From Myxococcota bacterium (lineage in GTDB: Bacteria; Myxococcota; Myxococcia; Myxococcales; Myxococcaceae): a stretch of 64,000 bases of DNA. The notes under the pieces are model-generated. The model did no database searches. It had not been told where the DNA came from and was given only the letters and a program-made list of their open reading frames with translations. The stretch is from NCBI GenBank assembly GCA_049322255.1, contig JBMORE010000054.1, positions 1 to 64,000 of the forward strand, read 5' to 3'. Positions 27,159-37,405 of the stretch are shown here, in pieces (the first letter of the stretch is position 1; each line of letters opens with the position of its first letter). A program made the translations under genes and the position numbers.

Positions 27159-28228
27159 TGGGCGCGCTCGTCGACACACTGGGGCGCGGCCTTTCCAACC
27201 TGCGCATCAGCGTGACCGACCGCTGCAACCTGCGCTGCGCCTATTGCATGCCGGAAGAGGACTACCGCTGGCTGCCCAACGCCGACATCTTGCGCTTCGA
27301 AGAGGTGAGCGCCCTGGTCGACGTCTTCTGCGCGCTGGGGGTGAGCAGGGTGCGGCTGACGGGGGGCGAGCCGCTCTTGCGCAAAGACCTCCCCGTCCTC
27401 GTGCGCCTGCTTGCCGCCAAGCCGGCGCTCACCGATTTGGCGCTCACCACCAACGGCCTGTTGCTCTCCGAATGGGCAAAACCACTCGCCGACGCCGGCT
27501 TGCACCGGGTCACCGTCAGCCTCGACACGCTCAAGCCCGAGCGTTTCCGCGCCCTCACCCGTCGCGACGGGCACGCCCAAGTGCTCGAGGGCATCGCGAC
27601 GGCGGCGAAGCATTTTTCTGCGCGTAGGCCCCTCACCCCCGCCCTCTCCCAGTGGGAGAGGGGGCAGCGGCTCAAGCTCGACGCGGTCATCCTCCGCGGG
27701 GTGAACGACGACGAGCTTTTCGACCTCATCGAGTTTGGGAAAGAGCACGGCGCCCAAGTGCGCTTCATCGAGTACATGGACGTGGGCGGAGCCACCCGTT
27801 GGTCGATGGACCAGGTGATGTCCCAGGCGCAGATGCTCGAGGCGCTCGCTCTCAGGTTTGGGCGTGTCACCCCGGTGACCAACGGGGGCACCGCTCCCGC
27901 CGCGCTCTACCAGCTGGCCGACGGAACCCGGTTCGGAATCATCGCCTCCACCACCGCTCCCTTCTGCCGGGCTTGCGATCGCAGCCGCCTCACCGCCGAC
28001 GGCCACTGGTACCGCTGCCTCTACGCGCGCGCAGGCTTGGACTTGAAGCACCCCTTGCGCTCGGGGGCTTCGGCGCAGGAGCTGGCGCGGCTGATTGTCG
28101 ACAGCTGGCGCCAACGCACCGACCGCGGCGCCGAGGAGCGGCTGGGCTTACGCGATCGCGGCGCACTGGTGGCGCCCGCCGTGTTGCGCGCCGACCCTCA
28201 CCTCGAGATGCACACGCGCGGGGGCTGA
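27158..28228 (+). CDS. moaA: GTP 3',8-cyclase MoaA
   Basis: [47 protein letters not shown]-terminal MHTRGG; TGATG coupling. Confidence 0.95.
   Translation: MGALVDTLGRGLSNLRISVTDRCNLRCAYCMPEEDYRWLPNADILRFEEVSALVDVFCALGVSRVRLTGGEPLLRKDLPVLVRLLAAKPALTDLALTTNGLLLSEWAKPLADAGLHRVTVSLDTLKPERFRALTRRDGHAQVLEGIATAAKHFSARRPLTPALSQWERGQRLKLDAVILRGVNDDELFDLIEFGKEHGAQVRFIEYMDVGGATRWSMDQVMSQAQMLEALALRFGRVTPVTNGGTAPAALYQLADGTRFGIIASTTAPFCRACDRSRLTADGHWYRCLYARAGLDLKHPLRSGASAQELARLIVDSWRQRTDRGAEERLGLRDRGALVAPAVLRADPHLEMHTRGG
27629..27664 (+). repeat. Palindromic repeat copy 8 (in-frame inside moaA)
   Basis: cccctcacccccgccctctcccagtgggagaggggg; translated [12 protein letters not shown]. Confidence 0.9.
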
Positions 28229-28251
28229 AGGCCTATGGTAACAAGCCTCCC

Positions 28252-29511
28252 ATGTCTTCCCCCTTGCGCCGGGCCACGCCCGACGAACAGTTCGCCGAGG
28301 TCACCCGCGGCACCGTCGACGTGCAGATCGCCGAGGAGCTGAAGAAGAAGCTCCAGCGCTCCTACGACACCCAACAGCCGCTCCTCGTCAAGGCGGGCTT
28401 CGACCCCAACCGGCCCGACCTCCACCTGGGCCACACGCTCCTGCTCACCCGCATGCGCCGCTTCCAGGAGCTGGGACATCAGGTAACCTTCCTCATCGGC
28501 GACTTCACCGCGATGATCGGCGACCCCTCGGGCAAGAGCGCCACCCGCCCTCCCCTCACCCGCGAAGAGGTGCTGGCCAACGCCGAGACCTACAAGCGGC
28601 AGGTCTTCAAAGTCCTCGACCCCAAAGAGACGCAGGTCCGCTTCAACTCCGAGTGGCTCGACCCGTTGGGCGCCGAAGGGCTGATTCGCCTCGCCTCGCG
28701 CTACACGGTGGCCCGCATGCTCGAGCGCGAAGACTTCAAGAAGCGCTTTCGCGAGGGGCGGTCGATCGCCATTCACGAATTTCTCTACCCCCTCTTGCAG
28801 GGTTACGACTCGGTGGCGCTCAAGGCCGACGTCGAGCTGGGTGCTACCGACCAACTGTTCAACCTCCTCGTCGGGCGAACGCTGATGAAGGAGTACGGCC
28901 TCGAGCCCCAGGTAATCATGACCGGCCCGATTCTCGAGGGCATCGACGCCAAGTGGGTCGACGGCCAGATCGTCGGCGAGAAGATGTCGAAGAGCCTGGA
29001 CAACTATGTGGGCATCGACGAGCCGCCCAAGGAGATGTACGGCAAGCTGATGTCCATCACCGACGACTTGATGTGGCGCTACTACGAGTTGCTCTCCGCG
29101 CGTACCTTGGGTGAGATCGCCACCCTGCGGCAGGCGGTGCAAAACGGCAAGGAGCACCCCAAAAACCCCAAGGTGGCCTTCGCCCAGGAGATGGTGGCCC
29201 GCTTCCATGGGTCGGAGGCGGCGCAGAAAGCGGCGGTGGACTTCGAGCGTCAATTCGCCAAGAAGGAGCTCAACCTCGAGGAGCTCCCCGTCGCCGACGT
29301 CGGCTTGGCCGGCGCCCCCACGGTGCTGCTCGCCAAGGCGATCGCCGAGGCGAAGCTGGCCCACTCGAGCACCGAGGCCCGAAGGCTCATCACCCAAGGC
29401 GGAGTACGGCTCAACCAACAGAAAGTCGCCGACCCCAAAGCAGAGGTAGGTCCGGGGGAGTACCTGGTTCAGGTGGGCAAGCTGAAAGCCGCGCGCGTGC
29501 GGGTCAAGTAG
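28252..29511 (+). CDS. tyrS: Tyrosine--tRNA ligase
   Basis: [34 protein letters not shown]-terminal S4 domain. Confidence 0.96.
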   Translation: MSSPLRRATPDEQFAEVTRGTVDVQIAEELKKKLQRSYDTQQPLLVKAGFDPNRPDLHLGHTLLLTRMRRFQELGHQVTFLIGDFTAMIGDPSGKSATRPPLTREEVLANAETYKRQVFKVLDPKETQVRFNSEWLDPLGAEGLIRLASRYTVARMLEREDFKKRFREGRSIAIHEFLYPLLQGYDSVALKADVELGATDQLFNLLVGRTLMKEYGLEPQVIMTGPILEGIDAKWVDGQIVGEKMSKSLDNYVGIDEPPKEMYGKLMSITDDLMWRYYELLSARTLGEIATLRQAVQNGKEHPKNPKVAFAQEMVARFHGSEAAQKAAVDFERQFAKKELNLEELPVADVGLAGAPTVLLAKAIAEAKLAHSSTEARRLITQGGVRLNQQKVADPKAEVGPGEYLVQVGKLKAARVRVK

Positions 29512-30112
29512 CGATGGCCTTCTTGCCAAGCCCCAACAGATAAATCTCCATGCTGCGGCCGCGGGTGGCCTGCGGGCGAACCACCTTCACCTCGTCGTAG
29601 GCGGCGCGCACCTCTTCGCGAAAAGCCTCGAAGTCCCCTCCCATGAACAGCTTGGCGAGGAAGGAGGACCCCGGCGCTCCGTGCGCGCGTGCCACCTCGA
29701 GCGCCTTGCCCGCAAGACGTAAGGACCTCGCCTCGTCGGTGGCTTTGATGCCGGTGGTCTTGGGAGCCAAGTCGGAGACCACCACGTCGAATGGCCCCTT
29801 CGCGAGCTGACCCAACTTTTCGTCGAAGTCATCTGCCAAAACGTCGAGGACGGCGGTGCGCACCTGCGGCCGAGCCAGGGGTTGAATCGGCACCACGTCG
29901 ACCCCGACCACCTCGCCGGTGGGCCCCACCGCATCCGCGAGCAGCTGGAGGAAGCCTCCGGGAGCCGCCCCCAAGTCGAGCACCCGCTGGCCTTTCTTCA
30001 CGACGTGGAAGCGATGGGCGATCTCTTCGATCTTGAACGCCGAGCGGGCGCGCAAGCCCTTCGCTTTTGCCTTCTGGAAGTAATGATCCTTCGGCCGGTA
30101 GGGCTTGCCCAT
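29504..30112 (-). CDS. rlmE: 23S rRNA Um2552 methyltransferase RlmE/FtsJ
   Basis: [39 protein letters not shown]; start MGKPYRP at 30112. Confidence 0.92.
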   Translation of the reverse strand: MGKPYRPKDHYFQKAKAKGLRARSAFKIEEIAHRFHVVKKGQRVLDLGAAPGGFLQLLADAVGPTGEVVGVDVVPIQPLARPQVRTAVLDVLADDFDEKLGQLAKGPFDVVVSDLAPKTTGIKATDEARSLRLAGKALEVARAHGAPGSSFLAKLFMGGDFEAFREEVRAAYDEVKVVRPQATRGRSMEIYLLGLGKKAIAT

Positions 30113-30183
30113 GTGGGCGTGCGTCACTACCATCCCTTTCCGCCTCGCAGAAGCCTTCAGCGCGAGACGATCGAGCTTGGGTG

Positions 30184-30555
30184 ATGCGTTCTCGTAGCGT
30201 GGCCGTGGCCGCAGCCTCCTTCGTCCTCTTCGGGGGCGGGGCGGTGGCCACTCACTTTCAGGCCCGAAAGCTGCGCGCCGAGGGGGAGTGGTACCTCGCG
30301 CGCGGAGACGCTCAGGGCGCGGCCTACGCCCAGACCCTCGACAACGAGCTCGCCGAGCGGCAGCTCGCCACCCTGGAGGTGCGGCGTGATCTGCTCGATC
30401 AGGCACGTCGCTGGCAAGGCTTCGAGCTGCTCCTCATCATCGCCGCGGTAGTGGCGGCCTTCTCCACCTACCTCTTGTTCCTCTTCTCCCGGCTTCGCCA
30501 AGAGCTCGCCGACGTAGAAAACGAGGCGAGCAAGGGCGAGGGACTCTCAGGGTGA
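30184..30555 (+). CDS. Small two-TM hypothetical protein
   Basis: N-terminal and C-terminal hydrophobic segments flanking a helical loop; fills the gap between neighbours. Confidence 0.6.
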   Translation: MRSRSVAVAAASFVLFGGGAVATHFQARKLRAEGEWYLARGDAQGAAYAQTLDNELAERQLATLEVRRDLLDQARRWQGFELLLIIAAVVAAFSTYLLFLFSRLRQELADVENEASKGEGLSG

Positions 30556-31200
30556 GGCAGGCTGGCCGGCCGGAGTGCCGGTCTCCTGTGACAGGTCGTC
30601 ACCAGCGGCCACGTTCTTCACCTTCTCGAAGAGACGAATGTACCGGGTGGAGGCGAAGTCCTTGGCGCGCGTGGGGTCGATTCTCGCCGCCGCGCTGCCG
30701 GAGATGAGCGCCTGGAATACCCGCGCCTTGGGGTTGGCCTTGTCCTGCGCCCACACCTGCACGGTGGAAACGATGGGGCAGCTGTGCTGCAAAGTGGCGG
30801 CGGCGAAGCTGGCTTCGACTTCGAGGCGCTCCGGGTTCTCATTGAACCATTGGAGGTAGCCCACCGCGTGCGGGTCGCGGGTATCGACGTCCACCGTCCC
30901 CACCCGGCCGGAGAGCTCTCCCTTCTCCAAGGCCACCTTGATGGCGGCCTCGCACCGGGCCTTGAGGTCGCCCGCGCCGTCGCCCTTCTCGATCACCCGT
31001 TTCAGCTCTTTGAGCTTGAAGCCGGCGTCCTTGGCAATGGCGGGGACGCGCGCCTCGGGCTTCATCTGCTGCACCCGGGGGTCCTCCATCGCGTTCTTGT
31101 ACTGCTGGTACATCTTGAACTCCTCCAGCGTGAGCTCGACCCCCTGGGCGAGGGCGAGCGATGAAACGAGGAGGCTGGCGAGCGGGAGAATACGCATCAT
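30547..31200 (-). CDS. Exported hypothetical protein
   Basis: Signal peptide MMRILPLASLLVSSLALA/Q; natural-looking sequence, no family recognised. Confidence 0.7.
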   Translation of the reverse strand: MMRILPLASLLVSSLALAQGVELTLEEFKMYQQYKNAMEDPRVQQMKPEARVPAIAKDAGFKLKELKRVIEKGDGAGDLKARCEAAIKVALEKGELSGRVGTVDVDTRDPHAVGYLQWFNENPERLEVEASFAAATLQHSCPIVSTVQVWAQDKANPKARVFQALISGSAAARIDPTRAKDFASTRYIRLFEKVKNVAAGDDLSQETGTPAGQPASP

Positions 31201-31224
31201 GGTGATTCGCGTTATACCCAAGCC

Positions 31225-31512
31225 ATGGCGGGATGCGGCAAGTGCGGGAGGAAGCTGGACATCGTCGGTAACCAAGTGGGCCGGCGTGACACCTGCCCAG
31301 AATGTGGCAGCGAGCTGCACGCTTGCGTCCACTGCCGCCACTACGACGTCTCTGTCGCCAAACACTGCAAGGAGCCCTTCGCCGAAGTGCCGAGCGACCA
31401 GGAGGCGGCGAACTTCTGCGAATTCTTTCAGGTGGGCGAGGGCGGCTCCCTGGGCTCGACCTCACCAGAGGGCTTGCGTTTGGCGGCGGAGGCGCTCTTC
31501 AAAAAGCGTTAG
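31225..31512 (+). CDS. Small Cys-rich (zinc-binding-like) hypothetical protein
   Basis: CGKC, CPEC, CVHC, C..E, NFCEFF; 95 aa. Confidence 0.75.
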   Translation: MAGCGKCGRKLDIVGNQVGRRDTCPECGSELHACVHCRHYDVSVAKHCKEPFAEVPSDQEAANFCEFFQVGEGGSLGSTSPEGLRLAAEALFKKR

Positions 31513-31913
31513 TGCAGGACATGCTCGCGCTGGAAGTCGAGCTGTTCGAAGGCGCGGCGGATGATGGTGCGAAGCTCGGCGACATCCCACGGTTTGGTGA
31601 GGAAGCGCGATACTTGCCCCTGGTTGATGGCGTCGATTGCAGTCTGATTGTCGACGTGACCGGTGAGCATGATGCGAATGCAGTCGGGGTATCGCTCGCG
31701 CACCAGTTTGAGAAACTCGAGCCCCGTCATCTTCGGCATCAGGTGGTCGGAGATGATGAGATCGACAGGGATGCGCCCGAGAATCTCGAGCCCCGTCAAC
31801 GGCTCGTGGGCCACGAAGAGCTCGTACCCCTCCTTCCGAAGACTACGACACAGCGCGTTGCACACGTTTTCTTCGTCGTCGACGATCAAAATTCGCCGGG
31901 GGAAGTGGATCAC
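31509..31913 (-). CDS. Single-domain response regulator
   Basis: ILIVDDE, SDHLMPKMTG, LTGH, TKPW; probable GTG start at 31913. Confidence 0.88.
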   Translation of the reverse strand: MIHFPRRILIVDDEENVCNALCRSLRKEGYELFVAHEPLTGLEILGRIPVDLIISDHLMPKMTGLEFLKLVRERYPDCIRIMLTGHVDNQTAIDAINQGQVSRFLTKPWDVAELRTIIRRAFEQLDFQREHVLH

Positions 31914-32120
31914 CGATGTGCTCCGGGCTGGGCTTCTGTCGGAGAGATACAAGCCTTGGGCCACCACTGAAGCAATGGGCATTCGCCCCCTTGAGCCTCG
32001 GGCCACGGGGAGAGGCCTGGGTCACGGCTGACTCCGAGGTCAGGTTTGACCCACCCTGGCCATGTCCTAAGTACGCGGCATAGGCCCATACCCTTTCTCT
32101 TGTCCTCCCCGGCCTAGCCG

Positions 32121-33098
32121 ATGCAGCGCCTGACGGGTGTGGGACGTCCTCGTGTCTTGCCGCTGGCCTTCGGCGGTTTTCTGTTCCTGTCGGCCGCTGC
32201 GGCAGGTCGAGATGCAGGCTCCATCCTCCCTCTGCCCAAGCCACCTCCGCAGGCGCCGGCGAAGGTCGAGCTGGGGCGAATGCTGTTTCTTGACCCGCTG
32301 TTGTCCGCCGACGGAAAGACCTCGTGCGCAAGCTGCCACGTCCTCGAGCAGGCGGGGTCGAACGGCCAGCGATTTCCGACAGGCAGCGGGGGCGTCGTGG
32401 GTGAGCTCAACACACCGACGGTCTTCAACGTCGCCTTCAACCCACGCCAATTTTGGGACGGTCGAGCCGATTCGTTGGAAGCGCAGATCGAGGAGCCGAT
32501 CGTCGGTCGAGCCGAGCTGGCTTCGAGCTGGGAAAAAATTCTCCCCAAGCTTCGCGCAACGCCTGCTTACGCTCAGCGCTTCGCAGCGCTGTACCCGAAC
32601 GGAGTCTCTGCCACCAACGTCAAAGACGCGCTCGCCGCCTTCGAGCGATCGCTGGTCATTCCCGAATCGAGGTTCGACCGATACCTACGCGGCGACCCGA
32701 CGGCCATCACCCAAGAAGAGAAAGCCGGCTACGAGCTGTTTCGAGACTACGGTTGCTCCTCTTGCCACCAAGGCGCCAACGTCGGCGGCAACATGTTCCA
32801 GCGCTTTGGGGTGATGGCCAACCCGTTCGCCCGGAAAGAAGAAGCCTCCAGAGCGGATCGCGGCCGATTCAACGTGACAGGCGACCCCCGTGACCTGCAC
32901 GTCTTCCGCGTACCGAGCCTCCGTCTGGCGGCCCAAACGGCCCCCTACTTTCACGACGGTTCGGCCGAGACGCTCGCAGACGCCATCGACGACATGGGCG
33001 AGTACCAACTGGGGGTAGTGATTCCCCAAGCGGACAAAGCGCTCCTCATTCGCTTCCTCGAGGCGCTGTCCAGCCCCGCGCAGGGAACGATGCCATGA
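32121..33098 (+). CDS. Di-heme cytochrome c peroxidase/MauG family protein
   Basis: Signal peptide; CASCH and CSSCH heme motifs; LGRMLFLD, NTPTVFN, QFWDGRA, FRVPSLR, APYFHDG. Confidence 0.92.
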   Translation: MQRLTGVGRPRVLPLAFGGFLFLSAAAAGRDAGSILPLPKPPPQAPAKVELGRMLFLDPLLSADGKTSCASCHVLEQAGSNGQRFPTGSGGVVGELNTPTVFNVAFNPRQFWDGRADSLEAQIEEPIVGRAELASSWEKILPKLRATPAYAQRFAALYPNGVSATNVKDALAAFERSLVIPESRFDRYLRGDPTAITQEEKAGYELFRDYGCSSCHQGANVGGNMFQRFGVMANPFARKEEASRADRGRFNVTGDPRDLHVFRVPSLRLAAQTAPYFHDGSAETLADAIDDMGEYQLGVVIPQADKALLIRFLEALSSPAQGTMP

Positions 33099-34792
33099 GG
33101 GGCCACCTCACCTCCGTCTTGGGGTTGGGAACCCTGCTGGCCGGCCTGACGGCGCTGATGGCGTCGACCCAGAGCGGCGACACCAAGCTTCATTCGGAGC
33201 TGCAGGAGCTCATCCGCACCTTCAAGCTCGTCCTCTCCGAGCACGACCGTCACGTGTTCGAGGCCTGGAACGGTTCGACGCTCCACTACGACGAGCTGGT
33301 GAAGGACCTGCGGCTCGCTCGGCGTCTGGAGCAAAGGCTCGGACCAAAAATGAGGACCGCCGAGGAAAGGGAGCACTTCGCCCGGCTTCAAAGAGCTCTT
33401 CGCGCGCTCGAATTCGAGCAGGAGCTGTTCAAGAGCAAGAGCTCGGTGCTCCGAAACTCATTGCAATACCTGCCCCGCTTGGCCCACGGGCTTCTCCAAG
33501 GCCTGACGACCGAAGAGGGAAGAGGGGTTCGCGACGTTCTCGATGACGTGGTGCTTGGCACGTTCGAATTCGTCACGACTCCGCAAGCGGAGAACGCGGA
33601 TAGGATCGAAGAGCGGCTGTTGCAGATCGAGACCCGAGGCGGTCAGTTCAAGAGGCTGGCCCAACATGCCCGTCACGTCATCGCCTTCACGGAGGCGAAC
33701 AGAAACCACGTCGCGCAGTTGACCAACGGCGAGGCCACCCGCCGGCTCGACGAGCTGAGCAAGCTTTTGGAAAACCAATTCACCCGTGAAGCCGAACGGG
33801 CCCACCTGGCGCGACGGGTGCTCTATGGCGTGGCGCTCCTGCTCCTGTGCTGGCTGGTCCTCACCCTCTTTCAGCTTCGGCACCGTGGGCTGACGCTCAA
33901 ACGAACGTTGGCGAACCTGCAGCTTCTCAACGACCGGCTCGAAGAGAAGGTAGCGGAGCGCACCGGCCAGCTCGAGCAAACCAACGGCGAGCTCAAAATG
34001 CGCATGGAGGAGCTCAAACAGACGCAGGAGAAGCTCATTTTCGCCGACCGCATGGCGGCGATGGGCCAGCTGGCCGCCGGAGTGGCCCATGAGGTCAACA
34101 ACCCCTTGGGCTTCGTCATCTCCAACATCGACTTCGCCTTGGGGGAGCTGACCGAGCACATCGCCGTCGATCCACGCAGCGCGGCTCCCGAGAGCGCGGC
34201 GCAGGAGCTACTCGACGCCTTGAAAGACGCCCGAACCGGCGCGCTGCGCGTGGCCAACATCGTGCGGGGGCTCAAGGCCTTCGCGCGGATCGACGAGGGG
34301 CACCACGAGGCGGTGGACGTCCGCCAGGCGCTCGACCAGGCGATTCAGTTCGCCAACCACGAGATTCGGCACCGGGCCCAGCTCATTCGCGACTACCACG
34401 AGGTGCCCCGCATCGAGGGCAACGAGGCGAAGCTGACCCAGGTCTTCCTGAACCTCCTCATCAATGCCACTCAGGCGATCGCTGAGGCCAAGGAGAAAAG
34501 CCACCAGATTCGGGTGACGACACGTCTCAGCCCCATGGGACAGGTGGTGGTGCAGGTGCAGGACACCGGTTGCGGCATGTCGCCCGAAGTCCAAAAGCAG
34601 CTCTTCAACCCCTTCTTCACCACCAAGCCGGTCGGCACCGGAACCGGGCTGGGGCTGTCGATCTGCCACGGAATCATCTCGGGAATGGGAGGCGCCATTT
34701 CGGTCGAAAGCGCCTCGGGGGAGGGAAGCACCTTCACCATCGCCCTCCCGGTCAACCCAGCCATGACGTACGCCTCGGAGCGCTCCTCGTGA
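33095..34792 (+). CDS. Membrane sensor histidine kinase with all-helical periplasmic (DAHL-like) domain
   Basis: Two TMs around a helical domain (HYDEL, FKSKSSVLRNSLQYLP); H-box AHEVNNP, NLLINA, DTGCG, FFTTK..GTGLGL; ATGA overlap with peroxidase gene. Confidence 0.88.
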   Translation: MRGHLTSVLGLGTLLAGLTALMASTQSGDTKLHSELQELIRTFKLVLSEHDRHVFEAWNGSTLHYDELVKDLRLARRLEQRLGPKMRTAEEREHFARLQRALRALEFEQELFKSKSSVLRNSLQYLPRLAHGLLQGLTTEEGRGVRDVLDDVVLGTFEFVTTPQAENADRIEERLLQIETRGGQFKRLAQHARHVIAFTEANRNHVAQLTNGEATRRLDELSKLLENQFTREAERAHLARRVLYGVALLLLCWLVLTLFQLRHRGLTLKRTLANLQLLNDRLEEKVAERTGQLEQTNGELKMRMEELKQTQEKLIFADRMAAMGQLAAGVAHEVNNPLGFVISNIDFALGELTEHIAVDPRSAAPESAAQELLDALKDARTGALRVANIVRGLKAFARIDEGHHEAVDVRQALDQAIQFANHEIRHRAQLIRDYHEVPRIEGNEAKLTQVFLNLLINATQAIAEAKEKSHQIRVTTRLSPMGQVVVQVQDTGCGMSPEVQKQLFNPFFTTKPVGTGTGLGLSICHGIISGMGGAISVESASGEGSTFTIALPVNPAMTYASERSS

Positions 34793-34796
34793 GCCA

Positions 34797-35936
34797 TCAA
34801 AACCCCGACAGCTTGGCGATGATCTCCTTCATGATCTCCGAGGTTCCGCCCCCGATGGTGAGGAGGCGAATGTCCCGCCAGGCGCGGGCGACGTCCGTCT
34901 CTTCGATGTAACCCATGCCACCGTAGAACTGCTGGCAGTCGTAGGCGACCTTCTGGGCGAGATCGCCCGCGAAGAGCTTGGCCATCGAGATCTCCTTCAC
35001 CGGGTTCTCCTTCTTGTCGAAGCGCTCGACAGCGAAGTAGGTGAGCCGACGCGCCGCCTCGATCGCCGCGAGGTGCTCGACGAATTGATGGCGCCACACC
35101 TGGAACTTGATGATCGGCCGTCCGAAGGCCTCCCGCTCGTGCCCGTAGGCGATGGCGTCATCCACCATCTGCTGCATGCCTTGGGTGGCGAGTATCGCCG
35201 CCACCAGCCGCTCGCCCTGGAAGTTGGTCATCACGTGGTAGAAGCCTTCGTTCTCCTTGCCCAGCACGTAGCGGGCGGGAATGCGGCAATCTTCGAAGTA
35301 GAGGATCGCCGTATCCGAGGAGAGGTGGCCCACCTTGTCCAGCTTCTTCGACACCCCGAAGCCCTTCACGTCGGTGGGGAAAGTCACCAGGGAAATGCCG
35401 CCGTACCCCTCCCCGCCGGTGCGCACCGCCAGGGTGATGAAGTCGCAGCGGGTGCCGTTGGTGATCCACATCTTCGAGCCGTTGATGACGTAGTCGTCGC
35501 CCTCCCGGCGCGCGGTGGTCTTGAGGTTGGCCACGTCCGACCCTGCGTCTGGCTCGCTCACCCCCAGGGCGGCGATTTTTTCGCCCGCCAGCGCCGGTGC
35601 GAGAAACTCCCGCTTCTGCTCGTCGGTGCCGATCTCGTTGATGATCGGCGTCGCCATTTGGCTCTGCACGAGCAGCGCCAAATTGACCCCGGCGTTGCGG
35701 CTGCGCACCAACTCCTCGCAGAAAACGGTCACGTACCAGTAGTCGAGCCCACTGCCGCCATACCGGGGATCGTGGTTGATGCCCAGAAAGCCCAGCTCCC
35801 CACACTTCTTGAACACCTCGCGGGGAAAGCTGCCCGCGCGGTCCCACTCCAAGGCATGGGGCGTCAGCTCCTTCTCCACGAACGCCCGCACCGTCTTACG
35901 AAACGCCTCGTGCTCCTCGGTGAAGAAGTTGGGCAT
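34797..35936 (-). CDS. Acyl-CoA dehydrogenase
   Basis: SEPDAGSD, INGSKMWITNG, R.AFG, GGMGY, IGGGTSEIMK. Confidence 0.95.
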   Translation of the reverse strand: MPNFFTEEHEAFRKTVRAFVEKELTPHALEWDRAGSFPREVFKKCGELGFLGINHDPRYGGSGLDYWYVTVFCEELVRSRNAGVNLALLVQSQMATPIINEIGTDEQKREFLAPALAGEKIAALGVSEPDAGSDVANLKTTARREGDDYVINGSKMWITNGTRCDFITLAVRTGGEGYGGISLVTFPTDVKGFGVSKKLDKVGHLSSDTAILYFEDCRIPARYVLGKENEGFYHVMTNFQGERLVAAILATQGMQQMVDDAIAYGHEREAFGRPIIKFQVWRHQFVEHLAAIEAARRLTYFAVERFDKKENPVKEISMAKLFAGDLAQKVAYDCQQFYGGMGYIEETDVARAWRDIRLLTIGGGTSEIMKEIIAKLSGF

Positions 35937-35942
35937 CTCTTT

Positions 35943-37292
35943 TTATGTCGGCTGGCAGAAGCCGTAGCCGGTGGGAGCGCCCTGCAACTGCACGCAGGTA
36001 TGCGCCTGCGGCACCTGCACACAGCTCTGATTGCCCACGCTGACGTCACAATAGGCGCGGCAGATGCCTGAGGTGCCTGCAGCCAAGCCGTTGCAATGCA
36101 GCGACGCGGGAGGGTTCGCCCGGAAGCAGGCCGCCGGTGCGGTGCACGACTGCCCTTCGGCGCGGGTGTCGGTGGGGACGGCGCAGTAAGCCACGGGGGT
36201 GGCTGCGGTACTGTCGAAGTAGCAAAAAGTCCCCGAAGGGCAGGCGGGGCTGCGCACGTCGCACGGGCGCCGGCAGGATTGCTGTAAGGGACTGGAGACA
36301 CACACCTCGGCGTCTTCGGTGGCGGTGGCGGGCTTGCACTCGGTGCCGCCACGGCCGCCACACTTGCACTTGCCGTCTTCGGGGTCGCATGAGGTGCCCC
36401 CTTCGCACGACTTGGTGCCGCCGTCGGGCAGGGTGCACTGCTGGCCGCCCTGACACTGCGCCGGAGGACCGAGCGAGCAGATCTGCACCGACGTACACAC
36501 CGGGCCGCCGGGACCGCCGCACTTGCACTGGCCGTCCACCGGGTCGCAGGTCGCTCCCCCCGCGCAGGTGACACCCGAGCAGCTGCTTCCCGGCCGGCAG
36601 GTACGCTGCTCGGGAGCGCACACGCCCCCGTCATTACCTGCGGGGCAGGCACACGCCTCACCACTTTGACAGATGAGGCCGTTGCACTTGCAAAAGCCGT
36701 CGGTCGGGTCGCAGACGTTGGCCCCGGCGCACGTCACCCCGGAGCACAGGCTGTCGACACAGGTCTTCTGCCCCCCGGCGCTGGAGGGCGAGCAGAACCT
36801 GCCAGGAGCGCACTCCTCGGCGCCACACTTGCAGCGGGAAGTGGCGGTGTCGCAGGTCTGGTTCTTCGGGCAGGCGACCTGGCTGCAGTCGAGGGCGGGC
36901 TCGCACTTCTTGGTGGCCGGGTTGCAGACGTCTCCAGTCGCGCATTCGGTTCCACCCGTCCCACCGCACTTGCACACCCCATCGTTGCCGTCGCAGCTGG
37001 TGCCGCCCGCGCAGGTGACGTTGGCGCAGCGGGTGGAAAGGCAGGTGTTGGAAACCGCATCGCAGACATAGGCTTCGGGGCACACCACGCCGCCCCTCCC
37101 GCCGCACTTGCACACCCCGTCGCCCGGGTCGCACACCAGCGGCGACTCGCAGCGGACGTTCTTCTCGGCGCAGACGTTTCGGCCACCCCCGCCGCAAGCA
37201 CCCGAGAGGGCGAGGACGACGGCGGCCCCCACGGCAGCGAAAAGCCACGGAGCGACGCGCCCGAAGGCACGGCGCGAATGAAGCGTATTCAT
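35943..37292 (-). CDS. Cys-rich repeat lipoprotein
   Basis: Lipobox-like LSGA/C; six CDxxDGxCKC(GGxGG)-type repeats. Confidence 0.8.
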   Translation of the reverse strand: MNTLHSRRAFGRVAPWLFAAVGAAVVLALSGACGGGGRNVCAEKNVRCESPLVCDPGDGVCKCGGRGGVVCPEAYVCDAVSNTCLSTRCANVTCAGGTSCDGNDGVCKCGGTGGTECATGDVCNPATKKCEPALDCSQVACPKNQTCDTATSRCKCGAEECAPGRFCSPSSAGGQKTCVDSLCSGVTCAGANVCDPTDGFCKCNGLICQSGEACACPAGNDGGVCAPEQRTCRPGSSCSGVTCAGGATCDPVDGQCKCGGPGGPVCTSVQICSLGPPAQCQGGQQCTLPDGGTKSCEGGTSCDPEDGKCKCGGRGGTECKPATATEDAEVCVSSPLQQSCRRPCDVRSPACPSGTFCYFDSTAATPVAYCAVPTDTRAEGQSCTAPAACFRANPPASLHCNGLAAGTSGICRAYCDVSVGNQSCVQVPQAHTCVQLQGAPTGYGFCQPT

Positions 37293-37405
37293 GGAGCCTC
37301 GGTTCCTTCTTGGCGGCCTGGCAGAGTCATGGCGTTTGCGAAAGCGGTGACTATTCGCCCATCGGGGCGCACCTGTAAAGGAGCTTCCCCTGGGCCCTTA
37401 AGGCC

